From the NCBI GenBank assembly GCA_015064695.1, contig SVRS01000001.1, forward strand, positions 149,811 through 213,810: a stretch of 64,000 bases of DNA. The letters are read 5' to 3'. Positions within the stretch are counted from its first letter, which is position 1, and each line of letters begins with the position of its first letter. Source of the DNA: Oscillospiraceae bacterium. GTDB lineage: Bacteria; Bacillota; Clostridia; Oscillospirales; CAG-272. The notes under the pieces are model-generated. The model saw nothing but the letters and a program-made list of their open reading frames with translations, searched no databases and was not told the origin of the DNA. The position numbers were made by a program, and so were the translations under genes. This document shows positions 46,289 to 56,384 of this stretch, piece by piece.

Positions 46289-48244
46289 ATGAAACGCATA
46301 ACCCACTTGACGCGTATCTTCCTCCCTATGTTGTTGGCTTCGGTCCAGTTGCTGACAGCCTGCGGTCCTGCCGCTGCGCCGCCGTCCGATACCGACGAAA
46401 AAACGACCGCTGCGGTCACTTCGGATAACGGCGACACCACCGAGGCGGAGACCGTTCCTGCTCCCTTTGAGCCCGCTACCATGCAGGCTCTTGACATGAC
46501 GGCTATCAAGCCGATTACGGTCAAGAAGCTGGACACCTCCCCCGACAGCCGTCGGGTGGTCAATACCGAAAATCCCATGTTCCTGTTCCGCTCCTACCTC
46601 GGTGTGGAGAATATGCTGACCCTTTGGAATATGCTCCCCGAGGACATTCGGGAATATTCGGTCATCCATCTGGACTACGACCAGACTAAGCCCATCGCGG
46701 AGGTCCTCCCCGCCATTGAGGAGATGCTGACTGTAGCAGACCGCGAGGGTATTCCCGTGATGTGGCAGATCGAGAACTGGGACAGTGTCTCTACCCGCGA
46801 GGGCTTTACCGAAAGCCAACTGCTCGACTATCTGGATGCCCACCCCTCGGTGATCGGATTCGCGCATACCGAAATGAGCTGCGGTACCTGTGAGCCCGAG
46901 GAGCTGGCCCGCATGAAGACCACCCTCCGTGCCTGCCAGCAGCGCGGTGCGTTGTTCGTTTGGCTGGATATGGAATACGCGGGCAACCGCAACGTATTCG
47001 CCCGCTTTATGGAGGATGAGGAGTTTCACAATATGCTGTCCGCCTATTCCCACAATGTAGTGCTGATGGATAAGCACAATGGCCAGGGCCGTCATTTTGC
47101 GGTGCAGAGTGCGGCTATGGGTATGTGGCTGTCCGACGTGTGTGGAAACTGGGGCTCCAACGTGGAGAGCTGGCTTTGGTATGAGGAGGGCTTCGGTCAG
47201 TACGACGACGCAGGCGGGACTCACAGAAGCTATCCCTGGTATTTCATCCGCCAATATCCTGCCGCCATGTTCGGTATAGATACCCTGAACGATGCCGTGG
47301 GCGGTGCCACCGTTTTTTCCTTTGAGGAAGGCGTGATGACCCTGCAAAACGAGGCGGGGGAGACCGTCTTTACCCCCGGGTTTTACAACATTTGCTACCC
47401 CATTTACCAAAAGATCGTGGCGGGAGGGCTGATCCCCACCAAGGAGCAGGTCAAGGAAAAGGTCAAGGTCGCCTTCCAGTACACCGACATTGACGCGGAC
47501 ATTGTCGACGCCGATGCAACGGAGGGCTTTGAGGCCTCGCTGTTCGTGGACCTGTACGGCCCGACCCGTAAATCGCTGAACCTGTACAAGCCTCTCCGCG
47601 TCAGCAAAAAATGGTTGCCCACTACGGGGCGGTACTACATTGTCCCCTCTTTGTCGAAGTATGTGGATGCCGCGAAGCTGTTGCCCGATGCCGCGATCAT
47701 TACCGCAGAAAACGCGGCGGAGCTTAGAAATTCCAAAAAGAAGCTGGAATTTTTTGATGAGCGTTACGCTGAATTTTATAAGGGAACCGCCACTATGTAC
47801 GATATGGGGGGCTACTCTTTGCTGTTCAACAATCACGAGAATATCACCGTGGATGCCCTGCAGGATGCGGCGTTTACTCTGGATTCGGGAAAGAGCATGA
47901 ACGTGACCCTCCCCGAGCATACCTACGTGATGCTGTACGATCAGGGCAACACGCTGGAGCTGGAGCTGTACAACTACCGCTACGATGCCCGCGCTATGCT
48001 GTCCGACAAAGAGACCATGGATGCGTTCCATTACGCCTACATCAAGGGCGAGCGGGACAGCAACGAGCTGGACTTCCGTACCGTTACCTTCTCGGTTGAG
48101 GGCTTGACTGCCGCTCCCCGTATCACGGCGGAGGGGAATAACAATGCAAGCATCACCACTGAGTGGGATGCTGACAGTGGCGTACTGCATGTGACTATCA
48201 CCATGAACGGTGTGGTGAAGCTGCAGATTCAGGGGATGAAATGA
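46289..48244 (+). CDS. GH98-like glycoside hydrolase lipoprotein
   Basis: Lipobox LTAC; RRVVNTENPMFL, WNMLPEDIREYSVI, GMWLS...WGSNVESWLWYE, GGATVFSFE, IPTKEQV, TGRYYIVP resemble the GH98 catalytic domain. Confidence 0.7.
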   Translation: MKRITHLTRIFLPMLLASVQLLTACGPAAAPPSDTDEKTTAAVTSDNGDTTEAETVPAPFEPATMQALDMTAIKPITVKKLDTSPDSRRVVNTENPMFLFRSYLGVENMLTLWNMLPEDIREYSVIHLDYDQTKPIAEVLPAIEEMLTVADREGIPVMWQIENWDSVSTREGFTESQLLDYLDAHPSVIGFAHTEMSCGTCEPEELARMKTTLRACQQRGALFVWLDMEYAGNRNVFARFMEDEEFHNMLSAYSHNVVLMDKHNGQGRHFAVQSAAMGMWLSDVCGNWGSNVESWLWYEEGFGQYDDAGGTHRSYPWYFIRQYPAAMFGIDTLNDAVGGATVFSFEEGVMTLQNEAGETVFTPGFYNICYPIYQKIVAGGLIPTKEQVKEKVKVAFQYTDIDADIVDADATEGFEASLFVDLYGPTRKSLNLYKPLRVSKKWLPTTGRYYIVPSLSKYVDAAKLLPDAAIITAENAAELRNSKKKLEFFDERYAEFYKGTATMYDMGGYSLLFNNHENITVDALQDAAFTLDSGKSMNVTLPEHTYVMLYDQGNTLELELYNYRYDARAMLSDKETMDAFHYAYIKGERDSNELDFRTVTFSVEGLTAAPRITAEGNNNASITTEWDADSGVLHVTITMNGVVKLQIQGMK

Positions 48245-48293
48245 TTTTGAGGGGATGCTGCAGATGCGGCATCCCCTTTTTTGACCCAAGGTA

Positions 48294-49403
48294 TTACTGC
48301 AAGATTCCCGGCATCTCCCGCATCATATTGTCAATGAATATCCCATACCCGCTTGTCGGGTCATTGATCAAGACGTGGGTCACAGCTCCGACGAGCTTGC
48401 CGTTCTGGATGATGGGTGAGCCGCTCATGCCCTGGACGATACCACCCGTTTTCTCGATCAAGGCGGGATCGGTCACGGAGATGGTAAAGCATTTGGAGCC
48501 TGTGGCGGCGTAGTCCACCGAGGTGATCTTCACCTTATACCGCCCCACTTTGCCGTTGTCCAGGGTGCAGAGGATGGTGGCGTTTCCTTCGGTGACGTCT
48601 TGCCGCCGTCCTATGGGGAGCTTTTCGGTGGCCGACGGAGGCAGGGTGGCGAAGATACCGTAGACCCCGCACTCGGTATTCCCCAGGAGAGACCCTGTCT
48701 TACCGGGGGCAAAGTAGCCTTTGATGGCCCCGGGCGCACCGGGCTTGCCCTTGTCCACGCCGCTGACGGTTACATCTGTGACCTGTCCCTTCTGCATGGG
48801 GATGAGATCTCCGGTATCTCCGTCGCAGATACCGTGTCCCAGCCCCGCAAAGGCGTTGCTGTCAGGAAGGATGAAGGTCACGGTCCCAATGCCCGCGCCG
48901 CTGTCCCGTACCCAAAGACCCGTCTTGTAGCGGTTCTCCGATGCGGAGTAGGCAGGGGTGACCGTTACGGTCAACTGAGAGGAGGGACGGGGTGTGTTCG
49001 CCTTGGTGTTATTCCGCGCGGCGGTGTAACGCTTGACTGTCAAGGTCACGGGTCGGCCGCCCGATTCCTCTACGGCCTTGGTGAGGGAGGCGGCCCCTGC
49101 GGGTGTTTGGCCGTTGACTGCGGTGATGACGTCCCTCATTTTCAGACCTGCGCTTTTGGCCGGGTTGACGTTGCGGGTGCCGCTGTTTCCTGCCGTGACG
49201 TCTACGTCGCAAAAGCCCACCACCAGAATCCCTTCCGTATAGAATTTGACGCCGAAGGGCATGCCGCCTACGAATACCCGATCGGGGGTGCTTTGGCTTG
49301 ACGCGCTTCCCGCCGAAGCTGCCGAGGCGGTGATGGTACCGCTCGTCACCAGGAGGGCAACGGCCAAAAGCAAGGCCCATAATTTCATATATTTACTGTT
49401 CAT
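48294..49403 (-). CDS. spoIVB: Stage IV sporulation peptidase SpoIVB
   Basis: GGMPFGVK, GLWVRDSGAGIGTVTF, LGHGI, GGIVQGMSGSPIIQNGKLVGAVTHV. Confidence 0.96.
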   Translation of the reverse strand: MNSKYMKLWALLLAVALLVTSGTITASAASAGSASSQSTPDRVFVGGMPFGVKFYTEGILVVGFCDVDVTAGNSGTRNVNPAKSAGLKMRDVITAVNGQTPAGAASLTKAVEESGGRPVTLTVKRYTAARNNTKANTPRPSSQLTVTVTPAYSASENRYKTGLWVRDSGAGIGTVTFILPDSNAFAGLGHGICDGDTGDLIPMQKGQVTDVTVSGVDKGKPGAPGAIKGYFAPGKTGSLLGNTECGVYGIFATLPPSATEKLPIGRRQDVTEGNATILCTLDNGKVGRYKVKITSVDYAATGSKCFTISVTDPALIEKTGGIVQGMSGSPIIQNGKLVGAVTHVLINDPTSGYGIFIDNMMREMPGILQ

Positions 49404-49464
49404 TTCGGAAATCCCCTTGTTCTTTTTTGAATGCTGCTTTGCATGGCTGAAAGCCCGCCGCTTT

Positions 49465-49494
49465 TACTATGTCCCGAAATCGGCGGTATCATGT
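49465..49494 (-). promoter_or_regulatory. Putative forespore sigmaF/sigmaG promoter of spoIVB
   Basis: ACATG-N15-GGACATAGTA. Confidence 0.5.
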
Positions 49495-49680
49495 GTAGCA
49501 GATTCTGCGGGATGGGGGAAAAAGAGTTAATCGGCGTTTTTTTATCATTAATGTAATCATATGTACGAACAGTATGGTCGCATGATCCAACGTTATTCTT
49601 GCCAAATTTTTCATTGAATCTTGACTTTTTTTAGTTTTATGTTATAATGAAATTGCATATCTGAATGGAGGAAATTGCAC

Positions 49681-51531
49681 ATGCTAAAATATGGGAAATA
49701 CCTGCATCGCGCTGTAATCTTCATGCTTTCTTGTGCGCTTTTGGCTGGATGCCAAGCCCCCAAGGTGCCCGATGGTGGAGATGATGGGACAAAACCCTCC
49801 GCAACGACGGTTGAGGATGGCGGCGGTGAGTCGGGAACGGACGATACCGCCGACGGAACCGAAACGACAAAAGGCACGGAGGAGACAACTATGTCGAATG
49901 AAGTGGGGAAGACGCCCCAAGAGGATGGATTGTACTTGTGGATCGACCCTTCTGCAAAGGGGAAGGTGATCGGCAACAAGGTCAGTGATATGAACGTGTG
50001 GATGCATACCACCTGGAGCAATCCCCTGCACGAGGGATACATGGCCGAGGTATATCCGTTCGTGGAGACGATGCAGTTCATGACAGCCACGGGAGGAGAC
50101 TACAACCGAGACCTGTTCGTGGACCCCTACAATACAGAGGTGCTGGACGACTACAACTTCGCGCCGCTGATCAAGTCCTGTCGGAACGTCGTGGATCAGG
50201 GTATTAAGCCTATGATCAAGACGGGCAATATTCCCCGTAAGTATTCCTCTGTTTCTACGACGGGGCTTTTCGGCGTGAACGTGTATCCGCCGGACGACTA
50301 TGGTGTATACTACAACTACATCAAAGCGCTGACGCAGGCACTGGTGGATGAGTTTGGTATGGAAGAGGTAAAGTCCTGGCGTTGGGGATGCTTTACCGAG
50401 TACGAGAACGGCGACTGGTTCCAGGGAACCTGCGAGGACTACTGCAAGATTTACGACTATACGACGGCGGCTATCCAGAGTGTACTGGGCTTTGATATCA
50501 AGATTGGTGCCCACAGCATGACGGTTACGGAGGGAATTTGGGACGAGCGGGAATTTATCGATCATTGCATCAACGGTATCAACTACTGTACCGGTGAGCA
50601 GGGGACCCGCTTGACCTACATTGCGGTTTCCTATTACGAAAGCTCCATGAGCTCCATGATTGCCAAGACCGATCGATTGGCTAAGGCGGTGGACATTGTC
50701 CGCAATCAAGTGAATTCGTCTATTGATGTGGCTCTGGCATCAGGGATCACACGGGCGCATTTGGATCAATTGGGGGTAACCTCCATCTATTACGGTGTGG
50801 ACGAGGGCCGTATCCATTCTGAATCTCCGGGTCGAGATGCGGCCGAGCTGATCAGCCGCATCGTGGGGCATACCAAGCAAGGAGCCTACGACGCCATGCT
50901 GTTGAATCTGATGGTGGAGGAGGATATTGATTATTTCTCCGCTTGGGAATACCACACGGATAAATACTACGGCTTGCCTACCGTTTCCTATCACGTAGCC
51001 AACGAGTTCTATAAGATGGTGGGAACCACGCAGGTAGAGTCCACCTTGAAGCGCTATGCCGGCGGCGGTGCCCGAAGCACAAGTAAGTTCTGGGACGCGT
51101 TGACCTCCACCGACGAGGACGGCAGCCTGTACGTCATGGCCTACGCCTTTGGCGAGTTTAAGTTCTTGGAATCAGACAAAAATTTCCATATTCAGACCGA
51201 CCTGGATTGCCAAAAGGCCCGCGTTACGGTTTCCTACATCAACGACGATGCCAATTTCTTTGACGAGTGGATGGAGGTTTGTGCAGAAAACGGGCTGGGA
51301 CAGAATGATTTTTCATGGTCTCCCGACGGTACCCAGCTTCCGGAAAGACTGGTCACAGATCACGCAAGGCAGGTTTACAGTGAAAATCTGACCGCGGGCA
51401 AAAACTTTGCGGAATGTGCCAGGCTGAAGAGTGAATCCTTTGAGGTGGACGTGATTGACGGAAAACTGGATTTCGCGACGGTTTTGGATCAGAATACTGT
51501 GGTGTTCCTGAAAATTGAACCAATAGAATGA
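49681..51531 (+). CDS. GH39-like (clan GH-A) glycoside hydrolase lipoprotein
   Basis: Lipobox LAGC; YNFAPL...GIKPMI, PPDDY..YYNYIKA...FGMEEVKSWRWGCFTEYE..WF; TTGACT-N16-TATAAT upstream. Confidence 0.65.
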   Translation: MLKYGKYLHRAVIFMLSCALLAGCQAPKVPDGGDDGTKPSATTVEDGGGESGTDDTADGTETTKGTEETTMSNEVGKTPQEDGLYLWIDPSAKGKVIGNKVSDMNVWMHTTWSNPLHEGYMAEVYPFVETMQFMTATGGDYNRDLFVDPYNTEVLDDYNFAPLIKSCRNVVDQGIKPMIKTGNIPRKYSSVSTTGLFGVNVYPPDDYGVYYNYIKALTQALVDEFGMEEVKSWRWGCFTEYENGDWFQGTCEDYCKIYDYTTAAIQSVLGFDIKIGAHSMTVTEGIWDEREFIDHCINGINYCTGEQGTRLTYIAVSYYESSMSSMIAKTDRLAKAVDIVRNQVNSSIDVALASGITRAHLDQLGVTSIYYGVDEGRIHSESPGRDAAELISRIVGHTKQGAYDAMLLNLMVEEDIDYFSAWEYHTDKYYGLPTVSYHVANEFYKMVGTTQVESTLKRYAGGGARSTSKFWDALTSTDEDGSLYVMAYAFGEFKFLESDKNFHIQTDLDCQKARVTVSYINDDANFFDEWMEVCAENGLGQNDFSWSPDGTQLPERLVTDHARQVYSENLTAGKNFAECARLKSESFEVDVIDGKLDFATVLDQNTVVFLKIEPIE

Positions 51532-52439
51532 TGAAGAAAGCTGCGCAAATACAGTCCGTTGAAGGCACGGTCACTCCGACCGAGGCTCTCCGCTTTGCCG
51601 CCATCGCTGACGAGGTGATCACGTCTCCCAAATACCGCATGGCGGGACGGGCCGCCCGCAAGACCGACGGGGATTCGCCCCATATCGGCACCCTGCGTGA
51701 AAAACGCCTCCATGCCGCTATTAAGCTCTACCTATGCCCCGACGAGACTTGCCACGAGCGCCCTGTGGCGGATATGCTGACCACCGAGGGAGAGGGCGGG
51801 GAAGCATCGACCCCCAAACGCCGCATGGTGGCGGATATTCTGGTGGACGGGCACATTTTTGAGGTCCAGACGGGGGGATTTTTCCCGCTGAAGGAAAAGA
51901 TTGCCTGGTATTTGACCCATACCCCCTGCCGTGTCACGGTGGTCCACCCCATCCCCGCGGTGCGTTACCTGTCCTGGATCGACCCTGAGGACGGCTCCAT
52001 CATCAGCCGCCGCAAGTCTCCCAAGCGGGGGCGAGTCCGCGACGTGGCCAAGGAGCTATACTGGCTCTCGGAGTTCATCGACGATCCTCGGTTTTCCCTG
52101 CGGTTGCTTCTCATTGAGCTGGAGGAATACCGCATGGCTGACGGCTGGAGTCGTGACGGCAAGCGGGGCTCCAACCGCTACGAGCGGTTTCCCACCGCCC
52201 TTTTAGGGGACGTGACCCTGGCCACCCCCGCCGATTACGCCGCATATTTCTTGCCCGACGCGCTTTCGTCGCCCGATGCCGACGGGGGGTATCCCACGTT
52301 TACTGCCGCCGAATACGCCCGAGCGACGGGAATTCGGGGGAAGGCAACGTATAGTATGATCCACCTCCTGGAGCGGCTGGAATTGATCGCCGAGGACGAG
52401 GAGCGGGTGGGGAGAAGCAAGGCGTATCGGAAAATTTGA
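51528..52439 (+). CDS. Hypothetical protein, PD-(D/E)XK nuclease-like
   Basis: IGTLREKRLHAAIK, VADIL...FEVQT; C-terminal wHTH-like segment. Confidence 0.6.
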   Translation: MMKKAAQIQSVEGTVTPTEALRFAAIADEVITSPKYRMAGRAARKTDGDSPHIGTLREKRLHAAIKLYLCPDETCHERPVADMLTTEGEGGEASTPKRRMVADILVDGHIFEVQTGGFFPLKEKIAWYLTHTPCRVTVVHPIPAVRYLSWIDPEDGSIISRRKSPKRGRVRDVAKELYWLSEFIDDPRFSLRLLLIELEEYRMADGWSRDGKRGSNRYERFPTALLGDVTLATPADYAAYFLPDALSSPDADGGYPTFTAAEYARATGIRGKATYSMIHLLERLELIAEDEERVGRSKAYRKI

Positions 52440-52491
52440 TAAAATGACCCGCATCTCGGGTAGAGTTCCCTTGAGATGCGGGTTGTTTTAT

Positions 52492-52683
52492 GGGAACCTC
52501 TAAAAATTCATCGCATGGAGAATCGACGGAATCTTTTCCGTTTGCCCACGAAGTGGGCGCTTCACCAAAAATCCTTCGCGTAGACTCCACTACGCGCGCG
52601 GACTTTTGTTGCGTCTGACAAAAAATCTTCTCGCCGCCGAGCTCACTCGGCTCTCTCCGCACGCTGAATATTTAGAGGTACCC
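52492..52683. mobile_element. MITE with 4-bp TTAT target duplication
   Basis: GGGAACCTCTAAAAATTCA...TGAATATTTAGAGGTACCC inverted ends; TTAT at 52488-52491 and 52684-52687. Confidence 0.85.
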
Positions 52684-53169
52684 TTATGCAAATAAGGACG
52701 ATACCAATACGCCCAAAAAACTGCAGATAACGGTAAGCAGCAGGAATGATCCCACAAACGGAAGCTTGCTATGGGTTAAGCCATGATACTCATCCAGAAC
52801 ACTGCTTGCCGGAAGGCAATTCAGAAGGATACAGGGGAAAACGGTAATAAACCAAACCTCGTGTGTGTATAGGGGAACCAAGGAAACCAAAAGCACACAG
52901 AAATAGGTGGGGCATAAGGCGGTTAGGGAAAACAGGAGGATTTTGGGATAGTCCTTGCCTGTCAATCCGAAATGAACCGCTTTTCGCTCATATTTCTTGA
53001 GCTCGTTCATGCCCTTCATTCCCAGCCCCATACAGACTCCGTATAGGACGAAAATGACCAGGAGAATACAAAGGATCGTTACGGATATTTTGAATAAGCC
53101 GGCGTATATGCAGCTGAATAATGTGACGGACAGAATGAAAAGCAGGATATTGCCGATCATGCGTTTCAT
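52684..53169 (-). CDS. Hypothetical membrane protein (AT-richer)
   Basis: About 5 hydrophobic helices; stop codon coincides with the MITE target site. Confidence 0.7.
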   Translation of the reverse strand: MKRMIGNILLFILSVTLFSCIYAGLFKISVTILCILLVIFVLYGVCMGLGMKGMNELKKYERKAVHFGLTGKDYPKILLFSLTALCPTYFCVLLVSLVPLYTHEVWFITVFPCILLNCLPASSVLDEYHGLTHSKLPFVGSFLLLTVICSFLGVLVSSLFA

Positions 53170-53205
53170 AAGAGATTCCTCGCTTGATAGGTTTTTTAGA
53201 GGAGG

Positions 53206-53919
53206 TCAGGCAAGCAGGCTCTTTATATACTCATTCAGCTCGTCAAATCCCCCGTGAGGATAATCATTCACATCTGCCCCGGGCGTATTGATGAGGCAGT
53301 CGGTCAGCAGGAATCCTTTGATACCGGCCTTTTCGGCGGCCATCATGTCCTCAGCGACGTCGTTGCCTACCATGATGCAATCGGCGGGGGAAAGTCCCAT
53401 GCGGGAGAGGACTTCGCGGTAGTAGTCGGAATTGGGCTTGCAGGTGCCGATGTCCTCGTAGGTGGTGTAGAGCTCAAAATCCTCGGGGGTAAGCCCCGCC
53501 CAGCGGATGCGCTTCTCTGTGGCGATGCGGGGGAACAGGGGATTGGTGGCCAGCGCCACGCGGATTCCTCTCGCGGTCAGGGCGCGGACGGTCTCGGCGG
53601 CCTTGGGGCTATGGCCGCAGGACCCGGCGATCTCGTCGAACTCCTCCTCGTAGAAGCGTTCAAAGATGGGCAGATGCTCCAGCACGCTCTCCCCGCAGAC
53701 GGTGGCGAAGGCCTCCCAAAAGGCGGATTCGTTGGCGCGGCTGCCGTCATTTTCGACCATAGCGTCAATACCTGCCTGCATGGCGGTGAGGAAGGTCTCG
53801 GGGGTGTAGCCCAATGGGCAGATACGGCGGATGAGGCGGCCGAAGTAGGCCTTGGTGAAGATCTTCTGATCCATGGGGAGCAGGGTTCCGTCGAGGTCGA
53901 AGAGTACGGCTTTGAGCAT
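53206..53919 (-). CDS. HAD-superfamily hydrolase
   Basis: FDLDGTL, ATNP, CKP, MVGNDVAED. Confidence 0.92.
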   Translation of the reverse strand: MLKAVLFDLDGTLLPMDQKIFTKAYFGRLIRRICPLGYTPETFLTAMQAGIDAMVENDGSRANESAFWEAFATVCGESVLEHLPIFERFYEEEFDEIAGSCGHSPKAAETVRALTARGIRVALATNPLFPRIATEKRIRWAGLTPEDFELYTTYEDIGTCKPNSDYYREVLSRMGLSPADCIMVGNDVAEDMMAAEKAGIKGFLLTDCLINTPGADVNDYPHGGFDELNEYIKSLLA

Positions 53920-53989
53920 AATGCAGGGGATTCCTTTCGTGGGTTTATGAGGGTATTATACACCATTTTGGGGCGGTTGTCAAGAATAA

Positions 53990-55240
53990 TCACGTCCGCT
54001 CCAGCATATTCACAAAGGAATTTTTGCCGTAGACGGTGTAGCCGTAGAGCTTGGAGGCATTGTCTTGGGGAATCAGCTCGTTGGCGCGGTTGCCGTGGAT
54101 GGCCAGGACACGGGGGGCAGGATCGATCAGGAGGATTTTTTCACCGTCTCCCTCGGGAAATTCAAAGGAATGGTTGGTGTACCACGCGCCGGCGGGGATG
54201 GTGACGAACTGCGCGCCTGCCAGCAGACGGGTTCCGGTTTGGAAGCCGCCGATGCCGCGAAGGGTCATGGCGTACATAAAGCGGTAGACGTTATGATCGC
54301 AGAGGATGATGGTGCCCTTGCGATGACGGCAACTGATCACACCCACGGTGTAGGTGGTGTCGGTTCTCTTTTTGCCATCGGGGTGAGGGGTGTCTACGAT
54401 GGTCAGACCGAAGAACACCTTGTTGAACAGCACCGACAGGTAGGGATGGCCATGTACCGTGAAGGAAAGCTCGCCTTTATCCCGCATGCGGCGAAGGCGC
54501 TTCATGAATTTGCGACGGTCGATCAGTCGGCGGATGAGCCCGATGCAACAGAGAAGGGCAATGACGAAGACAACGGCGGGAGCGATGGGACCCAGAAAGA
54601 GGGTAACGATGCCGATGAAGAAGGAGCCCCATACGGGAATCAGCACGCCTAAGCCCAGGGCGATGAGCAAGAACAGCGCCGCAAACAGAAGGGCGGCGTA
54701 GGCAATGCGGATGATCAGCTTGGGGGGCGTGTTGGTGGTTCGAAGCTCCTTTTGGATCCCCCAGGTATATTCCAGGCGCTGCAGACGCAGGACCGAAAAG
54801 CCCGTCGCGATCCCCAGAGAAACGAGCAGGGAAGCTATGAAGGAGAGGGGGCGCACCAGTCCCAGCCGCAGCAAATGGGTATGGAAGGCGGCGGTCAGAA
54901 TCGGGGTGACGGTCAGAGCTGTGAGAGCCAGGCCAACGCGGTAGGCAGGCTCCTGCAAAAGCCGCGGGGGCTCGGATGCGGCGCAGAAGCGGTGAAAGCT
55001 TCGGTCATCAATGCCGTCGTAGTAGCGCCACAGGGCGACAAAGAGAATGGCGGAGATGACGGGGTGAATCAGCCCCAAGAGATGCCGCATATTTTTTGAC
55101 AGGGCGAATTCCAAGTGTAGCCAATCAATGAAATGTGCGACTCTTTGCTCCGTGAGAATATCCAGGAACCAAAGTTGGATGGCGCAGAGCAGGGCTTTCC
55201 CGCCATGCCACAGACAGTCTTTCGTGCGTTCTTTCGTCAT
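53990..55240 (-). CDS. Hypothetical multi-pass membrane protein
   Basis: Start MTKERTK with AGGAG RBS; about 6 TMs plus a soluble C-terminal domain. Confidence 0.7.
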   Translation of the reverse strand: MTKERTKDCLWHGGKALLCAIQLWFLDILTEQRVAHFIDWLHLEFALSKNMRHLLGLIHPVISAILFVALWRYYDGIDDRSFHRFCAASEPPRLLQEPAYRVGLALTALTVTPILTAAFHTHLLRLGLVRPLSFIASLLVSLGIATGFSVLRLQRLEYTWGIQKELRTTNTPPKLIIRIAYAALLFAALFLLIALGLGVLIPVWGSFFIGIVTLFLGPIAPAVVFVIALLCCIGLIRRLIDRRKFMKRLRRMRDKGELSFTVHGHPYLSVLFNKVFFGLTIVDTPHPDGKKRTDTTYTVGVISCRHRKGTIILCDHNVYRFMYAMTLRGIGGFQTGTRLLAGAQFVTIPAGAWYTNHSFEFPEGDGEKILLIDPAPRVLAIHGNRANELIPQDNASKLYGYTVYGKNSFVNMLERT

Positions 55241-55347
55241 GATCGTTTTCTCCTGATTACATAAGATGCCCGATGAAGCGGACCGCGCAGGGTACGTCAA
55301 AGGGGGGCGGATTTTCAGAGATTCCCAAGGTAGTCGTCGGGTTATTC

Positions 55348-55575
55348 CTATTTCTCGTCGCGGCGAGAGGAGCCGCTGATCTGCAGCAGCTCGTCGGCGG
55401 AAATGCCCAGTATGTCGCACAGGGCAGGGAGGAGCAGAATATCCGGCAGACTTTTGCCGCATTCCCATTTGGATACGGCCTGGCAGGATACGCCCAAATG
55501 ATCAGCCAGCTTCCGTTGGCTGAGACCGTGGGCAATTCTCTGCTTGCGGATGATTTCGTGTATGGTTGGCTTCAT
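55348..55575 (-). CDS. XRE-family HTH regulator
   Basis: GLSQRKLADHLGVSCQAVSKWECGKSLPDI. Confidence 0.88.
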   Translation of the reverse strand: MKPTIHEIIRKQRIAHGLSQRKLADHLGVSCQAVSKWECGKSLPDILLLPALCDILGISADELLQISGSSRRDEK

Positions 55576-55628
55576 GGCTGTACGTATCCTTTCTGTGCAA
55601 GCCCGTGCTTGCTTCGTTGATCCTTGCG

Positions 55629-56102
55629 CTAATTGTTGTCCTGCTCCATGGCGCAGTCGATGGCCAACACCAGGGCGAGGGCCTGAATTTCGTCGGCCGG
55701 GTCACGGATATCCAACACGTAACAATCTCCCCAGGTGAACCATTCCTTCTGAATGGAGACGATGGGCTCGCCGCTCCGATAGACGGTGTAGTCGTGTGAC
55801 CAGAATTCTCCCTCCACGTCCCAATCCGCTCCCTCTACGGTATAGCGGGGGCGGAAGAAGGAGAACTCCCGCACGACCTCTCCAATCAGTTCACCGTGGG
55901 CGTATACGGCGTAGCGGGGACGGAAGGTGAAATGCTGCTGCTCGATGTAGGCAACCTCGCGCCCGGTGGTTGTGGTGACGTGGAGCTTCTTGCCCCAGGA
56001 GAACAGCTCGCCCTCCACAAGGTAGCGGTCATTTCCGTTTTCATCGCGGATCGTGAAACGGTCCCGCCAGGTGAATACCTGCTCTTCAATCAGCAATTTC
56101 AT
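55629..56102 (-). CDS. LURP-one-related / scramblase family protein
   Basis: VFTWRDRFTI, FSWGKKL, KEWFTWGDCY, LVLAID. Confidence 0.88.
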   Translation of the reverse strand: MKLLIEEQVFTWRDRFTIRDENGNDRYLVEGELFSWGKKLHVTTTTGREVAYIEQQHFTFRPRYAVYAHGELIGEVVREFSFFRPRYTVEGADWDVEGEFWSHDYTVYRSGEPIVSIQKEWFTWGDCYVLDIRDPADEIQALALVLAIDCAMEQDNN

Positions 56103-56384
56103 GAGATAAACACATCCTTTCCTAAAACATTTTGTATTATTGTCCATATTATAGCACATAGTCGCGTGATTGTCAATGGGTTTCGCGAAATAATATTAAA
56201 AAATCTTTTGTATTATGTATTGAATATTAAAGCAGGGCTTTTCGGGGGGGATCACGTGACTTTGACGGGTATCGGAGAAAAAATCGACAAATTCCGTCGA
56301 AGGGTATTGCTTTTTTTTGAAAAATATGCTACAATATATAGCTATGGGGGGAACCCCGGATTTTTTGGATATAGGAAAGGAAGA

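Noticed and set aside
55241-55468. N-terminal extensions predicted by the ORF track (e.g. 53990-55468, 31300-33780, 55896-57401)
   Set aside because: They overlap other genes or promoters; downstream starts with good RBS fit better.
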